Shown: positions 38,654-53,243, numbered from the stretch's first letter. The stretch: DNA of 64,000 bases from an uncultured Chloroflexia bacterium (GCA_963748625.1 CAVVJT010000010.1:192001-256000), one strand, 5' to 3'. The notes: a model not told the origin generated them from the letters alone. Program-made: numbers and translations.

Positions 38654-40402
38654 CTAGTAGACACGCGGCTTGGGCTGGAACTTGGTGATGGTCACCGGCT
38701 TGTAGGCCAGCTCCACACCACCGTCCGCACCCGGCGTCGCGAGTGAATGGGACAGGAAGTTGACATCGTCGCGCTCGGGGAAGTCCTCGCGGCTGTGCGC
38801 CCCGCGGCTCTCCTTGCGGTCGATGCAGGCGGCGACCATCGTCTGGGCGCAGTCGAGGAGGTAGCCCACCTCGCGCGCCTCGAGGATGTCCGTGTTGAAG
38901 GTGGTCCCCTTGTCGTCCACGCTGACGCTCCGGTAGCGCTCGCGCAGCTCGTCCACCTTGACGCGGGCGCGCTCCAGGCCCTCCGCGGTCCGGTAGACGC
39001 CGGCGTCGTCCATCATCACGTCGGCCAGCTCCGTGCGGATGGCCTCCTTGCGCTCGCCCTTCGGGCGACTCCGGAGCGCGTCGAGCTCGGCGCGGACCGG
39101 GTCGGCGGCCGACTCGGCCACATCCGGCAGGTCCACGCCCTTGATGTCCCTCACCATCTGGCGGCCTGAGCGCCGTCCGAACACCAGCAGGTCCACCAGC
39201 GAGTTCGTCCCCAGGCGGTTGGCGCCATGGACGGACACGCAGGCCGCCTCGCCCGCCGCGTACAGGCCCGGGATCACGGTGTTCGCCGCGTCACGGGTGG
39301 CCTGGGCGTTGAGGTTCGTCGGGATGCCGCCCATCGCGTAGTGCGCCGTAGGCTGGATCGGAATGGGATCCGTGTAGGGCTCGATCCCCTGGTACACCCG
39401 GACGAAGTCCGTGATGTCGGGCAGCTTCTCGTCGATCTTCTTGCGGCCGAGATGGCGCAGGTCCAGGTACACGTAGTCCTTGCCGTCGATGCCACGGCCG
39501 GCCCGGATCTCCTGGTGGATCGCCCGGCTGACCATGTCGCGCGGCGCCAGCTCCATGAGCTTGGGAGCGTAGCGCTCCATGAACCGGAAGCCGTCGTTGT
39601 CGAGCAGGTACGCGCCCTCGCCTCGGGCGGCCTCGGACAGCAGGATCCCGATGCCCACGATGCCGGTGGGATGGAACTGGTAGAACTCCATGTCCTGCAT
39701 CGGCACGCCGTGGCGGTACGCCAGTGACACGCCGTCGCCGGTGAGGCTCCAGGCGTTCGAGGTGACGCGGAACATCCGCCCGAAGCCACCGGTCGCCAGG
39801 AGGACCGCCTTGGAGCGCAGGGTCACCAGCTCGCCGTCGGCGATGCGGTAGGCCACGACGCCCGCGGCGCGCCCGCCCTCGCCCAGCTCGCCACCCTCGG
39901 TGACGAGGTCCACGACGTGGTACTCGTCGTAGAACTTGACGCCGTACTTCACGCACTGCTGGTACAGCGTCTGGAGGATCATGTGGCCGGTGCGGTCCGC
40001 TGCGAAGCAGGCCCGCATGACCGGACCCTCACCATAGTTGCGGGTATGCCCGCCGAACCGGCGCTGGTCGATCTTGCCGTCGGGGGTCCGGTTGAACGGG
40101 AGCCCCATGTGCTCCAGCTCGATCACCGTCTCGATGGCCTCGCGGGCGAGCACCTCCGCCGCGTCCTGGTCGACCAGGTAGTCGCCACCCTTGATGGTGT
40201 CGAACATGTGCCACTCCCAGTGGTCCTCCTCCTGGTTTCCGAGGGCGGCACAGACACCGCCCTGGGCGGCGCCGGTATGGGAGCGGGTGGGATAGAGCTT
40301 CGTCAGGACGGCGCTGTCCACGCCGGCCTTCGCCAGCTCGAGGGCGGCCCAGAGGCCGGCGCCACCGGCGCCGACGACCAGGGCGTCGTGGTCCTTGATC
40401 AT
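38654..40402 (-). CDS. sdhA: Succinate dehydrogenase flavoprotein subunit
   Basis: GAGGAG, RSHTGAAQGG, QFHPT, HYAMGG, HGANRLGTNSL. Confidence 0.97.
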   Translation of the reverse strand: MIKDHDALVVGAGGAGLWAALELAKAGVDSAVLTKLYPTRSHTGAAQGGVCAALGNQEEDHWEWHMFDTIKGGDYLVDQDAAEVLAREAIETVIELEHMGLPFNRTPDGKIDQRRFGGHTRNYGEGPVMRACFAADRTGHMILQTLYQQCVKYGVKFYDEYHVVDLVTEGGELGEGGRAAGVVAYRIADGELVTLRSKAVLLATGGFGRMFRVTSNAWSLTGDGVSLAYRHGVPMQDMEFYQFHPTGIVGIGILLSEAARGEGAYLLDNDGFRFMERYAPKLMELAPRDMVSRAIHQEIRAGRGIDGKDYVYLDLRHLGRKKIDEKLPDITDFVRVYQGIEPYTDPIPIQPTAHYAMGGIPTNLNAQATRDAANTVIPGLYAAGEAACVSVHGANRLGTNSLVDLLVFGRRSGRQMVRDIKGVDLPDVAESAADPVRAELDALRSRPKGERKEAIRTELADVMMDDAGVYRTAEGLERARVKVDELRERYRSVSVDDKGTTFNTDILEAREVGYLLDCAQTMVAACIDRKESRGAHSREDFPERDDVNFLSHSLATPGADGGVELAYKPVTITKFQPKPRVY

Positions 40403-40797
40403 GCGGGCACCTGCGGGAACGGCAGCGTGAAGACGACCATCGAGCCCATCGCCAGGAGCAGCAGGCCGACGAGATACAGGAGCATGGTGAGGGCGGTCCG
40501 GAGGCCGCCGCTGGTGTAGTCGCCGATCACCGTGCGGACGCCCATGAAGGCGTGGAACAGCACGAGCATCAGCATGAGCCAGTCGATGGTCCGCTGGGCC
40601 ATGCTCGCCCAGCGCACCGTGACCCACTGGGCGTCCTGGTAGGCGGGGTCGAACACGAAGTGGACGACGGTGTAGTGGGCCAGCGCGAGCACGAACAGCC
40701 CGATGCCGGAGAGCCGGATCAGGTACCAGATCGCGAGCTCCCAGCCGCTGCCCTGGGGGCGCGCCCGGCCGGCGCGGGTGACGCGGAAGGTACTCAT
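40399..40797 (-). CDS. sdhD: Succinate dehydrogenase membrane anchor
   Basis: RLSG, HAFMGVRTVIGDY, three TM. Confidence 0.9.
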   Translation of the reverse strand: MSTFRVTRAGRARPQGSGWELAIWYLIRLSGIGLFVLALAHYTVVHFVFDPAYQDAQWVTVRWASMAQRTIDWLMLMLVLFHAFMGVRTVIGDYTSGGLRTALTMLLYLVGLLLLAMGSMVVFTLPFPQVPA

Positions 40798-41180
40798 GAG
40801 CCGAACCTGAAGGGGGGCTCCATCCCGAAGGCGGGAGCCATGATCTGGATGAGGATCGGCAGGCCGATCACGACGAACAGGACCCAGTTGAGGTACCACA
40901 TCTGCTTGTGGTAGCGGGTCATCGCGGGCCAGAAGTCCATGATGATGATCCGCAGGCCGTTGAGCGCGTGGTACAGCAGGGCCGCGCCCAGGAGCGACTC
41001 AACGACCCGTCCGAACGGGCTGGCGTAGATCACCAGGACGTCGTTGTACAGGTCGGGGGCCGCGCCCACGAGCCAGATGTCCAGGACGTGGAGCAGGATG
41101 AACGCCCAGATGGCGACACCCGAGATGCGGTGGAACGCCCATGCAAGCATTCCCTCGCTGCCCCGATACCGCAGGAGCAT
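40794..41180 (-). CDS. sdhC: Succinate dehydrogenase cytochrome b subunit
   Basis: HRISG, HALNGLRIIIMD, three TM. Confidence 0.92.
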   Translation of the reverse strand: MLLRYRGSEGMLAWAFHRISGVAIWAFILLHVLDIWLVGAAPDLYNDVLVIYASPFGRVVESLLGAALLYHALNGLRIIIMDFWPAMTRYHKQMWYLNWVLFVVIGLPILIQIMAPAFGMEPPFRFGS

Positions 41181-41234
41181 GGAGCCTCCGTTCCTCCGGC
41201 CCGCGTGCGCGGGTCGCCTGTGGTGGTCCGGCTC

Positions 41235-42239
41235 TCAGCCGAGCCGCGCGATGATGGCGTCAGCGAATTCCCGGGTACCTGCGGGGCCGCCGAGGTCGTA
41301 GGTGGTCGCCTTGCCCTCCGCGATGACCTCCCGCAGGGCGGTTTCCACGCGGACGGCGGCCTCCTGCTCGCCAAGGTGGCGGAGCATCAGCACGCCCGAG
41401 AGGAGCAGCGCCGTGGGATTGGCCTTGTTCTGGCCGGCGTACTTGGGCGCCGAACCGTGCACCGGCTCGAAGACGGACGCGTCGGTGCCGATATTGGCGC
41501 CCGGGGCGACGCCCAGGCCGCCGACGAGGCCCGCGCACAGGTCGCTCACGATGTCGCCGTACAGGTTGGGCAGGACCATCACGTCGTACAGCTCTGGCTT
41601 CTGCACCAGCTGCATGCACATGTTGTCGACGATGCGGTCCTCGAACTCGACGCGGCCCTCGTAGTCGGCAGCGACGGTCCGGCAGCTCTCCAGGAACAGG
41701 CCGTCCGAGAGCTTCATGATGTTGGCCTTGTGGACCGCGGTCACCTTCTTGCGGTCGTTCGCAACCGCGTACTCGAAGGCGAAGCGGGCGATCCGCTCGG
41801 AGGCGGCGCGCGTGATGATCTTGATGCTCTCGGCGGCGTCCTTGCCCACCATGTGCTCGATGCCGGCGTAGAGGTCTTCCGTGTTCTCGCGCACGATCAC
41901 GAGATCCACGTCCTCGTAGCGGGTCACGAGCCCCTTGATCGACCGCGCTGGGCGGAGGTTCGCGTACAGGCCCAGCACCTGGCGGAGGGTCACGTTGACG
42001 CTGCGGAAGCCCGATCCGACCGGCGTGGTGATGGGACCCTTGAGGGCCACCTTGTTGCGCCGGATGGACTCGAGCACGTGGTCCGGGAGCGGCGTCCCGT
42101 ACTGGGCCATGACGCCTTCACCGGCGTCTTGGACCTCCCACTCGAACGCGACGCCCGAGGCGTCCAGGACACGACGGGTCGCGTCGGCGAGCTCCGGCCC
42201 GATGCCGTCGCCGGGGATGAGGGTGACTCGGTAAGGCAT
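41235..42239 (-). CDS. icd: Isocitrate dehydrogenase (NAD-dependent IDH/IMDH family)
   Basis: [43 protein letters not shown]; TCA context. Confidence 0.88.
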   Translation of the reverse strand: MPYRVTLIPGDGIGPELADATRRVLDASGVAFEWEVQDAGEGVMAQYGTPLPDHVLESIRRNKVALKGPITTPVGSGFRSVNVTLRQVLGLYANLRPARSIKGLVTRYEDVDLVIVRENTEDLYAGIEHMVGKDAAESIKIITRAASERIARFAFEYAVANDRKKVTAVHKANIMKLSDGLFLESCRTVAADYEGRVEFEDRIVDNMCMQLVQKPELYDVMVLPNLYGDIVSDLCAGLVGGLGVAPGANIGTDASVFEPVHGSAPKYAGQNKANPTALLLSGVLMLRHLGEQEAAVRVETALREVIAEGKATTYDLGGPAGTREFADAIIARLG

Positions 42240-42475
42240 GGGGCCATTCTACGCGCGACCTTTGGCCCCGGATGGGCAGGACGGCCCCACTTCCGTGCGT
42301 GCCGGACGGCGTGCCAAGGGGGGCCATCCGGCCATACCGGCGCCCTGTCCGGGAGCGCATAAGGAGGTTGTCCATGCCGCTCGGGCATGCGCCGCGGGGG
42401 TGGCCATCGGTCCGTTCGCGTCGCCGCGTCCCAATTCCGCGCGCGTTGCCGCACCCGTGCACGAGGGAACGGTTG

Positions 42476-43279
42476 ATGCTCCGATTGCGCGCCCCGCTGG
42501 GGCTCCTTCTCGCCGCCACGCTTGTCGCCGCCTGCGGTGGGAGCTCGACCCCTGCAGCCACGTCCAGCAGTGGGGGTGGCACGGCCGCCACCGTGGCGCC
42601 GGCCGCCACCGACGGCTCGGGCGGTGGCTCGAGCGGATCCACGGGCGGCGAGATCGATCTCGGCGGCGCGGTGTCCGCGCTCGAGGACCTGGACAACTTC
42701 GCCTTCCGGATGGAGATGAAGGCGACCGGCAGCTCAGAGTTCATCATGGTCCCCAAGGAGGGCGCCCTCGTCATGGAGGGCACCGTGATCCTCAAGCCCG
42801 AGGCCGCGGTGGACATCACGATGACCACCATCGAGAACGGGGCGAGCCCGGCCGCGCTGGGGGTCCGGATCGTGGACGGGATGAGCTACGTGAACATGGG
42901 GGGCGAGCAGTGGATGGGCTCGCCAGTAGAGGACATGGAGAAGGAGATCGCCTCCTACCGGCCCGAGACCCTGCTGGGCGGGTTCTCGAGCGTCAGCGGC
43001 CTGACCGCGGTGGGCGACGAGGACAAGAACGGCGTCGCGACCACGCACTATCGGGGCGAGGACACGACGGGGATGGCCAGCATGTTCGGGCTCCCGGACG
43101 GCGCCTGGGTCACCGACGTCTGGATCGCGAAGGACGGCGGCTTCGTGGTATCGGAGAGCGTCACGGCGTCGGCGAAGGCAGGCGATGCCGATGGGACCTT
43201 CACGATGACCATCGACCTGACGCAGGCGAACGATCCCTCCCTCACGGTTGAGAAGCCCGACAACGTGATGGAGCTCTAG
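42476..43279 (+). CDS. Lipoprotein (LppX/LprAFG-like)
   Basis: Lipobox VAAC, Gly/Ser linker, GDEDKNGVATTHY, VWIAKDG. Confidence 0.75.
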   Translation: MLRLRAPLGLLLAATLVAACGGSSTPAATSSSGGGTAATVAPAATDGSGGGSSGSTGGEIDLGGAVSALEDLDNFAFRMEMKATGSSEFIMVPKEGALVMEGTVILKPEAAVDITMTTIENGASPAALGVRIVDGMSYVNMGGEQWMGSPVEDMEKEIASYRPETLLGGFSSVSGLTAVGDEDKNGVATTHYRGEDTTGMASMFGLPDGAWVTDVWIAKDGGFVVSESVTASAKAGDADGTFTMTIDLTQANDPSLTVEKPDNVMEL

Positions 43280-43457
43280 CCAGCGCAGCGCTGCTGACAC
43301 CCTCGCTGCCCGAACGCCGGCGGTCCGCCCGCCGGCGTTCCCATGGCGGGCCGGTCGGCTTGCCGCCAGGGCGGCCACAAGGTCCGGGGCATCTCGCGCC
43401 CGCGGGCTATGATCGGGTTCTCGCCATCGCCTGCCCTCCGGAGGTCTCGCCCGTCGC

Positions 43458-44638
<1,181 letters not shown>

Positions 44639-44642
<4 letters not shown>

Positions 44643-45523
44643 GCATCCTGATCGGACGCGACACGCGTCTCGTCGTCCAGGGCATCACCGGGCGCGAGGG
44701 CGAGTTCCACAGCCGGGCGATGCTGGAGTACGGCACGCCGCTCGTCGCGGGCGTGACCCCGGGCAAGGGCGGCCAGTCCGCGATCGACGGCCGTGTCCGC
44801 GTGTTCAACACCGTCGCCGAGGCCGTGGCCCAGACCGGCGCCAACACGTCCTGCATCTTCGTCCCCGCGGGCGGTGCACCGGATGCCGTGCTGGAGTCGG
44901 TGGCCGCAGGGATCAGGACGATCTTCTGCATCACCGAGGGCATTCCCGCCCTGGACATGATCCCGGTGGTCGAGGAGGTCCGCCGGGCGGGCGCCCGGCT
45001 GATCGGCCCCAACTGCCCCGGCGCAACGAGCCCCGGGCGTGCCAAGGTCGGCATCATCCCGGGCTCCATCCACCGCGAGGGTCGCGTGGGCGTCGTGTCG
45101 CGCTCGGGCACCCTGACCTACGAGGCGGTCCAGGCGATGACCGACGCCGGCCTCGGCCAGTCCACGTGCGTGGGCATCGGCGGCGATCCGGTGATCGGGA
45201 CCCAGCACATCGACGTCCTCAAGCTGTTCGCCGAGGACCCCGAGACCGAAGCCCTCGTGCTGATCGGCGAGATCGGAGGGTCGGCGGAGGAGGAGGCTGC
45301 CGCCTGGGCGGCCGAGCACATGGCCGACATTCCCAGGGTCGCATTCATCGCCGGCCGAACCGCCCCCGAGGGGAAGCGGATGGGCCACGCGGGCGCGATC
45401 ATCTCCGGCGGCAAGGGCACGGCGGCGTCCAAGGTGACCGCGCTCGAGGCAGCGGGGTTCCGCGTCGCCGCCTCGCCGACGGAGCTCCCCGCGCTCCTGC
45501 GCGAGGCGGGCTACAAGGGCTAG
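44639..45523 (+). CDS. sucD: Succinyl-CoA synthetase alpha subunit
   Basis: [27 protein letters not shown]. Confidence 0.97.
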
Positions 45524-45622
45524 TTCCCGCGCGGGCTCGGGCGTGATTACAATGGCGCGCCACGAGCCCGCGAGACCCAGGGTTGCGCGGCCAGGGGAAG
45601 GAGGAGCGGCGCTTCGGCGCCT

Positions 45623-46093
45623 ATGGGCAGTCTGATGGACCTCGTTGCGGGTGACGCCCGCGACATCGTCCTCGCGCTCGCGATCGACGACGTGACGGCC
45701 TTTGACGACCGCGACCGGTTCGTCGCCCACCTGCCGCTCGGCGGTGGCCTGGACCCCACGTGGCTCGATCTCTTCTCCGAGGCCGTGCGCTCCGTGACCG
45801 AGAGCCCCGATCCGGCCGACTTCCTCGATGCGCGCACGGAGCTCGACGGTGCCCGCGCGTCCGTGGAGCGGATCATCGACCGGGTCGACGCTGAATGGAT
45901 CGAGTCGGTGGGCCAGGTGCCTGACGACCTGCTCGGACCGCTCGCCGGCCGCTGGATCGAGCTGCTCGAGGAGGAGCTCGGGCTCCTGCCGCGCGAGGAG
46001 AAGCCCTGGATCCGGGACCTCGCCGGGCGCATCGTGGCGTTCTCGCGCGATGCAGCCGATGCGCGCGACGTCGTCTTCGCCTGGGCGTTCTAG
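45623..46093 (+). CDS. Hypothetical acidic protein
   Basis: 156-aa ORF with high GC3; TACAAT and GGAGGAG upstream. Confidence 0.75.
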   Translation: MGSLMDLVAGDARDIVLALAIDDVTAFDDRDRFVAHLPLGGGLDPTWLDLFSEAVRSVTESPDPADFLDARTELDGARASVERIIDRVDAEWIESVGQVPDDLLGPLAGRWIELLEEELGLLPREEKPWIRDLAGRIVAFSRDAADARDVVFAWAF

Positions 46094-46173
46094 CGCGACA
46101 ACCGGCCGAGCGGCCTGCGGAAACCGAGAGATCGGCCCTGCTCGCGGCCGTTCCCGCGCGGCACGCTTGGGGC

Positions 46174-46848
46174 ATGACGACAGCCGCCCCCCTCCCCGCC
46201 CCCGCCGGCGACCCGTCGACCGGCCTGCCCGAGCCGACCCGCCCGCCCGACCCGGGTGCCCAGGCGTTCTTCAAGGTCCTGAACCGGTGGTTCATGGTGC
46301 CAGCGGTGCGCTCGGGACTCGGCGCGTGGGTGTCATGTCCGCTGGGCGGGTACATGGTGCTGCTGCGGGTGCGCGGCCGGAAGAGCGGCCTCGTCCGCGA
46401 GACGCCGCTCAACTACGTGATCCGGGACGGATCCGTGTGGGTGGCCGCGGGCTTCGGGCCCAAGACGGAGTGGTACCGCAACCTGCTCGCCGATCCCGAC
46501 GTGGAGATCGTGCTGCCGGGACGCGCGCCAATGGCCGCTACCGCGACCGAGATCCTGGCGCCTGCCGTCCGCGGGCGCGTGCTGCCGGCCATCATCCGGT
46601 CCACCATCGGACCGTCGCTCGCGGCCGGGCTCAACCCGCTCTCCGCCACCGACGAGGCCATCGCCGAGGAGATGGCCTGGGTGCCGCTGATCCGGCTCAC
46701 GCCCGTTGACGGCGTGATCGAGGCAGGCGGCGACGACCCCGGTGGGCGTGCCTGGATCTGGCGTCAGGCGCTAGCGATCGGCGCGACACTGGTTGTTGTC
46801 CGGCTCCTCGGCCGGGTCGCAGGAGGCGTCCTGCGCGCGGTCCGCTAG
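46174..46848 (+). CDS. Deazaflavin (F420)-dependent nitroreductase family protein with C-terminal hydrophobic tail
   Basis: RGRKSGLVRETPL, WYRNLLADP. Confidence 0.85.
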   Translation: MTTAAPLPAPAGDPSTGLPEPTRPPDPGAQAFFKVLNRWFMVPAVRSGLGAWVSCPLGGYMVLLRVRGRKSGLVRETPLNYVIRDGSVWVAAGFGPKTEWYRNLLADPDVEIVLPGRAPMAATATEILAPAVRGRVLPAIIRSTIGPSLAAGLNPLSATDEAIAEEMAWVPLIRLTPVDGVIEAGGDDPGGRAWIWRQALAIGATLVVVRLLGRVAGGVLRAVR

Positions 46849-46896
46849 CGGGACGGCCGGGCCCCGCACGTGGATCGCGGGCCGGTGCCGCGTGCC

Positions 46897-47373
46897 TCAG
46901 TAGCCGAGCGAGGCCCAGCTCGGACCCCCCGGCGCCTCGATCAGCTCGACGAGGACCCCCTGGCAGCTGCGTGGGTGGAGGAAGGCCACCGGTCCCTCCG
47001 CCCCCTTGCGGGCGACGGTGTCGATCAGCTCGATGCCGTCGAGCTCGAACCGCATCAGCGCCTCGCTGATGTTGGCCACCTCGAAGCAGACGTGGTGGAA
47101 ACCCTCGCCCTTCTTCTCCAGGAAGCGGGCGACGCCGGTCGTGTCGTCAGTGGGCATGACCAGCTCCACCTTGACCTCGCCGACCGGCAGGAAGGCGATC
47201 GTGACGCGGTCGAACTCGATCGGGAGCACCAGCTCCACGGGAAGCCCGAGGGTGTCGCGCCAGAAGCCGAGCGCGGTATCGAGGTCACGGACGATGATCG
47301 CGACGTGATGGACCTTGCCGATCTTGCGGATCAGCTCCGGGACGCGACCGACGGAGGCAGTGGGATCGCTCAT
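46897..47373 (-). CDS. mce: Methylmalonyl-CoA epimerase
   Basis: HHVAI, GEGFHHVCFEV, FLHP, LVELIE; follows the mutase. Confidence 0.92.
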   Translation of the reverse strand: MSDPTASVGRVPELIRKIGKVHHVAIIVRDLDTALGFWRDTLGLPVELVLPIEFDRVTIAFLPVGEVKVELVMPTDDTTGVARFLEKKGEGFHHVCFEVANISEALMRFELDGIELIDTVARKGAEGPVAFLHPRSCQGVLVELIEAPGGPSWASLGY

Positions 47374-47387
47374 CAGGATGCTCCTCG

Positions 47388-49082
47388 TCAGACAGTGATC
47401 AGCTCGCGGTGGACGCCCCAGACGGAGCGCAGGCGGTCCGCGATCTCGCCGACCGTGGCATACGCGGCGACTGCTTCGATGACCGGCGCCATGAGGTTGC
47501 CGTCGCCCCGCGCGGCATCCTCGAGACGGCCCATGGCTGCCTCCCACGCCGCGGCGTCGCGGCCGGCGCGGACCCTGCGCAGGCTCTCCACCTGGAGCCG
47601 CTCCCCCTCCGGATCGATGCGCAGGAGCGGCGGCCGGGCAGCCTCCCCCTCGTCCCGGAACTTGTTGACGCCCACGACCACCTTGTCCCCCCGCTCGATC
47701 TCGCGCTGCACGCGATACGCGGACTCCTGGATCTGGCGCTGCTGGAAGCCGCCCTCGATGGCTGCGAGCGTTCCACCCATCGCGTCGATCTCGGCCAGGT
47801 ACGCGGTCGCCGCGGCCTCCAGCTCGTCCGTGAGCGACTCCACGAACCAGGATCCAGCGAGCGGGTCGGGCGTCTCGGTGACGCCTGCCTCGTGGGCGAT
47901 GATCTGCTGGGTCCGCAGGGCGAGGCGTGCCGACTCGACCGTCGGCAGGGCCAGGGCCTCATCCCGCGAGTTCGTGTGCAGGCTCTGCGTGCCCCCAAGG
48001 ACGGCCGCCAGCGCCTGCAGCGTGGTCCGGACGACGTTGTTGTCGATGGACTGGGCAGTCAGCGAGGAGCCTGCCGTCTGCGTGTGGAAGCGGCACATCA
48101 TGGACTTCGGGTTCTTCGCACCGAACCGCTCACGCATGATCCGGGCCCACATCCGGCGTGCCGCCCGGAACTTGGCCACCTCCTCGAACAGCTCCGACCA
48201 GGCGGCGAAGAAGAACGACAGCCGCGGCGCGAACTCGTCCACGTCCAGACCGCGGGCGAGCGCGGCCTCCACGTAGGCAATGCCGTCGGCCAGGGTGAAC
48301 GCAAGCTCCTGGGCCGCTGTCGCCCCGGCCTCCCGCATGTGGTAGCCGGAGATGCTGATGGTGTTCCACTTGGGCAGCTCGCGGCTGGCGAACTCGAAGA
48401 CGTCGGTCACCAGGCGCATCGACTGGCGGGGCGGATAGATCCAGGTGCCCCGGGCGACGTACTCCTTGAGGATGTCGTTCTGGGTCGTGCCGCTGACCGC
48501 GGAACGCGGTACCCCCTGCTTCTCTGCTGCGGCCACGTACATCGCAAGCAGGATGGGCGCCGTGGCATTGATGGTCATCGATGTGCTGACCTTGCCCAGT
48601 GGGATCCCTGCGAACAGGGTCTCCATGTCGGCCAGTGACGAGACCGGCACACCCACCCGGCCAACCTCGCCCTCTGCCTCCGGAGCGTCGGAGTCGTAGC
48701 CCATCTGCGTGGGCAGGTCGAAGGCGACGGAGAGGCCGGTCTGCCCCTGCTCGAGCAGGTAGCGGAAGCGCGCATTGGTCTCAGCGGCGGTCGCGAACCC
48801 CGCGTACTGGCGCATGGTCCAGAACCGCGAGCGGTACATCGTCGCCTGCACGCCACGCGTGAAGGGGTACTCGCCGGGCAGGCCGATGCTGGCATCGACG
48901 TCGCGGCCCGCAAGGTCCGCGGCGGTGTAGACGTCGTTGACGGGGATCTCCGACGTGGTCACGAATTCCTCGCGACGCTCGGCCGACGCAGCCACCGCCT
49001 TCGCCCGCGTCGTGGAGCGCCAGCGCTCCACGGCCGCTTCCGGCACCGCGTCGTCGCCCGACACCTTGTCCGCGTCGCTCAC
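47388..49082 (-). CDS. mcmA: Methylmalonyl-CoA mutase, substrate-binding subunit (no B12 domain)
   Basis: [37 protein letters not shown]. Confidence 0.93.
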   Translation of the reverse strand: MSDADKVSGDDAVPEAAVERWRSTTRAKAVAASAERREEFVTTSEIPVNDVYTAADLAGRDVDASIGLPGEYPFTRGVQATMYRSRFWTMRQYAGFATAAETNARFRYLLEQGQTGLSVAFDLPTQMGYDSDAPEAEGEVGRVGVPVSSLADMETLFAGIPLGKVSTSMTINATAPILLAMYVAAAEKQGVPRSAVSGTTQNDILKEYVARGTWIYPPRQSMRLVTDVFEFASRELPKWNTISISGYHMREAGATAAQELAFTLADGIAYVEAALARGLDVDEFAPRLSFFFAAWSELFEEVAKFRAARRMWARIMRERFGAKNPKSMMCRFHTQTAGSSLTAQSIDNNVVRTTLQALAAVLGGTQSLHTNSRDEALALPTVESARLALRTQQIIAHEAGVTETPDPLAGSWFVESLTDELEAAATAYLAEIDAMGGTLAAIEGGFQQRQIQESAYRVQREIERGDKVVVGVNKFRDEGEAARPPLLRIDPEGERLQVESLRRVRAGRDAAAWEAAMGRLEDAARGDGNLMAPVIEAVAAYATVGEIADRLRSVWGVHRELITV

Positions 49083-49093
49083 CAGGACCTCCG

Positions 49094-49770
49094 CTAGCTG
49101 ATGACCACGAGCAGGTCACCGATCTCGATATTGACCCCGACGGCCACCCCCACGCGCTCAATCGTGCCATCCCTCGGCGCCCTGAGCTCGTTCTGCATCT
49201 TCATGGCCTCGACCACCAGGAGCTGCTGGCCTGCTTCGACCTGGTCGCCAGGCTTCACCGACACCGCCACCACCTTGCCCGGGATGATGGCCTTGATCTG
49301 CAGCGGCCCCGCATGGCCTACCACCCCACGGCCTCGGGTCGCACGTTCCCGCAGCGCCGCGATGCGCTCGGACTCCGTGTCGACCGGGACGCGGAACCCG
49401 CCGACCAGGACCTCCCGTACCCGGGTCCCCCCTTCCCCGACCGTCTCAGCCTCAAGCACCACCCGGGTGGTCGCGCCGCCCGCCTTGAGCAGATGCCGAC
49501 CACCGCCGAGCGGGTGGAGCGCGACGTCTGCCTGCTCGCCGTCAACGATCACCTGTCTTTGCGCAAGGACAGCGGCGGCATCCTCGGACGCTGGGTGCAT
49601 GGCAGCCCCGCCGAGCAGGCCCGTGCCGACGGTCGGATTGGTCATCCGCAACGGCTCGGGAGCTGGCGCAATGCGGAGCTCCTCGCCGCCGCCGACGGCA
49701 TCGGCCAGGCGGACGCGGACGGACCTCGGGTCAACGGGTGCAGCGGCCCGGCTCTCCGGCGCGGGTCTGG

Positions 49771-49783
<13 letters not shown>
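49094..49783 (-). CDS. Biotin carboxyl carrier protein with N-terminal extension
   Basis: EAMKM biotinylation motif. Confidence 0.9.
49555..49570. promoter_or_regulatory. Palindrome copy 1 (candidate parS)
   Basis: GTCTTTGCGCAAGGAC inside the BCCP gene. Confidence 0.65.
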
Positions 49784-51345
<1,562 letters not shown>

Positions 51346-51365
51346 CGGTGGCTCCCCGGCAGGTC

Positions 51366-51381
51366 GTCTTTACGCAAAGAC
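51366..51381. promoter_or_regulatory. Palindrome copy 2 (candidate parS)
   Basis: GTCTTTACGCAAAGAC, intergenic. Confidence 0.7.
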
Positions 51382-51393
51382 AGGAGGCCGTGG

Positions 51394-52947
51394 TCAGAGC
51401 GGGATGTTGCCATGCTTCTTCCGGGGATTCGTGTCCTGCTTGTCGGCCAGCACCTCGAGTGCGCGGATGATCCGTGGCCGGGTCTCGCGCGGAAGGATGA
51501 CCTCGTCGATGTAACCGCGCGCCGCAGCGATGTACGGATTGGAGAACTCCTCCTCGTACGCCGCGACCAGGCGCTTGCGCTCCTCAACGGGATCCGCGGC
51601 GTCGGAGATGGCGTCGCGGAAGATGATGTTGACCGCGCCCTCTGCACCCATGACCGCGATCTCCGCCGTGGGCCATGCGAAGTTCATGTCACCGCGAATG
51701 TGCTTGCTGCTCATGACGTCATACGCGCCGCCGTACGCCTTGCGCGTGATGACGGTGACCTTCGGGACGGTGGCCTCGCAATAGGCGTAGAGCAGCTTCG
51801 CGCCGTGCTTGATGATTCCGCCGAGCTCCTGTGCGACGCCCGGCAGGAACCCCGGAACGTCCACGAAGGTCACGATCGGGACATTGAAGGCATCGCACGT
51901 CCGGACGAAACGCGCAGCCTTGACCGACGCGTCGATGTCCAGCGCGCCGGCAAGCACCGCCGGCTGCTGCGCAACGATTCCCACCGAGCGCCCGCCAAGG
52001 CGCGCGAAGCCGATGAGGATGTTGGCGCCCCATGCCGGCTGGATCTCGAAGAAGTCGCCGTCATCCACGATCCGTCGCAGGACGTCATGCATGTCGTACG
52101 GCTTCTGCGGCTCATCGGGCACGACCGCGTCCAGCTCCGCGTCCATCCGGTCCGCGGGGTCGGACGTCGCGACCATCGGCGGATCGGCGAGATTGTTCTG
52201 GGGCAGATGGGCGAGGAGTCGGCGCACATGCTCCATCGCCTCTGCCTCGTCATGGGCTGCGAGGTGGGCGACGCCCGTACGTCCGGTGTGGACCCCCGCA
52301 CCACCCAGTGACTCGGCGTCCACATCCTCGTGGGTCACGGCCTTCACGACATTCGGTCCGGTGACGAACATGTAGCTCGTGCCCTGCACCATCACGGTGA
52401 AGTCCGTCATGACGGGCGAGTACACGGCCCCACCTGCGCACGGTCCAAGAATCACCGAGATCTGCGGCACGACGCCCGACGCGAGGACATTGCGCAGGAA
52501 GATCTCGGCGTACCCGCCGAGCGAAGCGACACCCTCCTGGATTCGGGCGCCGCCGGAGTCGTTGAGGCCGATGACCGGAGCGCCCACCTTCATCGCAAGA
52601 TCCATCACCTTGCAGATCTTCTCGGCGTACGCCTCTGAGAGCGATCCGCCGAAGACCGTGAAGTCCTGGCTGAAGACGAAGACGAGCCGGCCGTCAACCG
52701 TCCCATGGCCGGTGATGACGCCGTCGCCGAGGAAGTGCTGCCGGTCAAGGCCGAAGGCTGTGACGCGATGGGTGACAAACGCATCCATCTCGACGAACGA
52801 CCCTGGATCGAGAAGGAGATCGAGACGTTCGCGCGCCGTCAGCTTTCCCCATCCGTGCTGCCGTTCGACTCGAACCGGTCCCCCGCCCTGGAGGGCCTCG
52901 GCCCGCAGCCGCTCGAGGCGCGCGATCCGTTCCGCGTTCGTCGTCAC
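51394..52947 (-). CDS. pccB: Propionyl-CoA carboxylase carboxyltransferase subunit
   Basis: [51 protein letters not shown]. Confidence 0.95.
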   Translation of the reverse strand: MTTNAERIARLERLRAEALQGGGPVRVERQHGWGKLTARERLDLLLDPGSFVEMDAFVTHRVTAFGLDRQHFLGDGVITGHGTVDGRLVFVFSQDFTVFGGSLSEAYAEKICKVMDLAMKVGAPVIGLNDSGGARIQEGVASLGGYAEIFLRNVLASGVVPQISVILGPCAGGAVYSPVMTDFTVMVQGTSYMFVTGPNVVKAVTHEDVDAESLGGAGVHTGRTGVAHLAAHDEAEAMEHVRRLLAHLPQNNLADPPMVATSDPADRMDAELDAVVPDEPQKPYDMHDVLRRIVDDGDFFEIQPAWGANILIGFARLGGRSVGIVAQQPAVLAGALDIDASVKAARFVRTCDAFNVPIVTFVDVPGFLPGVAQELGGIIKHGAKLLYAYCEATVPKVTVITRKAYGGAYDVMSSKHIRGDMNFAWPTAEIAVMGAEGAVNIIFRDAISDAADPVEERKRLVAAYEEEFSNPYIAAARGYIDEVILPRETRPRIIRALEVLADKQDTNPRKKHGNIPL

Positions 52948-52979
52948 GTGCGGCGCTCCTTCGGGCCATCGGGCAGTCC

Positions 52980-52995
52980 GTCTTTACGCAAAGAC
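52980..52995. promoter_or_regulatory. Palindrome copy 3 (candidate parS)
   Basis: (C)GTCTTTACGCAAAGAC(G) between pccB and parA. Confidence 0.7.
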
Positions 52996-53104
52996 GTGGG
53001 GACTGCGCAGATCATAGGCCTCGGAGCGCGCGACTGCGGGCGCCATCGTGTGAGTGGGGTGTTTCCGGCGGGTTGCCAGACTGCCAACCTTGCGTGCGCG
53101 TGGG

Positions 53105-53151
53105 CGTGGATATCCACAGAACGGTGCACAAGTCCCCTCGGATGTGGACAA
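53105..53151. promoter_or_regulatory. Cluster of DnaA-box-like 9-mers
   Basis: TTGTCCACA (minus, 53143-53151), ATATCCACA (53110-53118), TTGTGCACC (minus, 53123-53131), ATATCCACG (minus, 53105-53113). Confidence 0.6.
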
Positions 53152-53243
53152 CCTCGGACGCGGATCATCGCGGCGCGGTAGCATGCGACGAACTCCAGTC
53201 GCCATTCCGGTGGCCATACCAGCGCTCATCCGAGGTGATGCCC

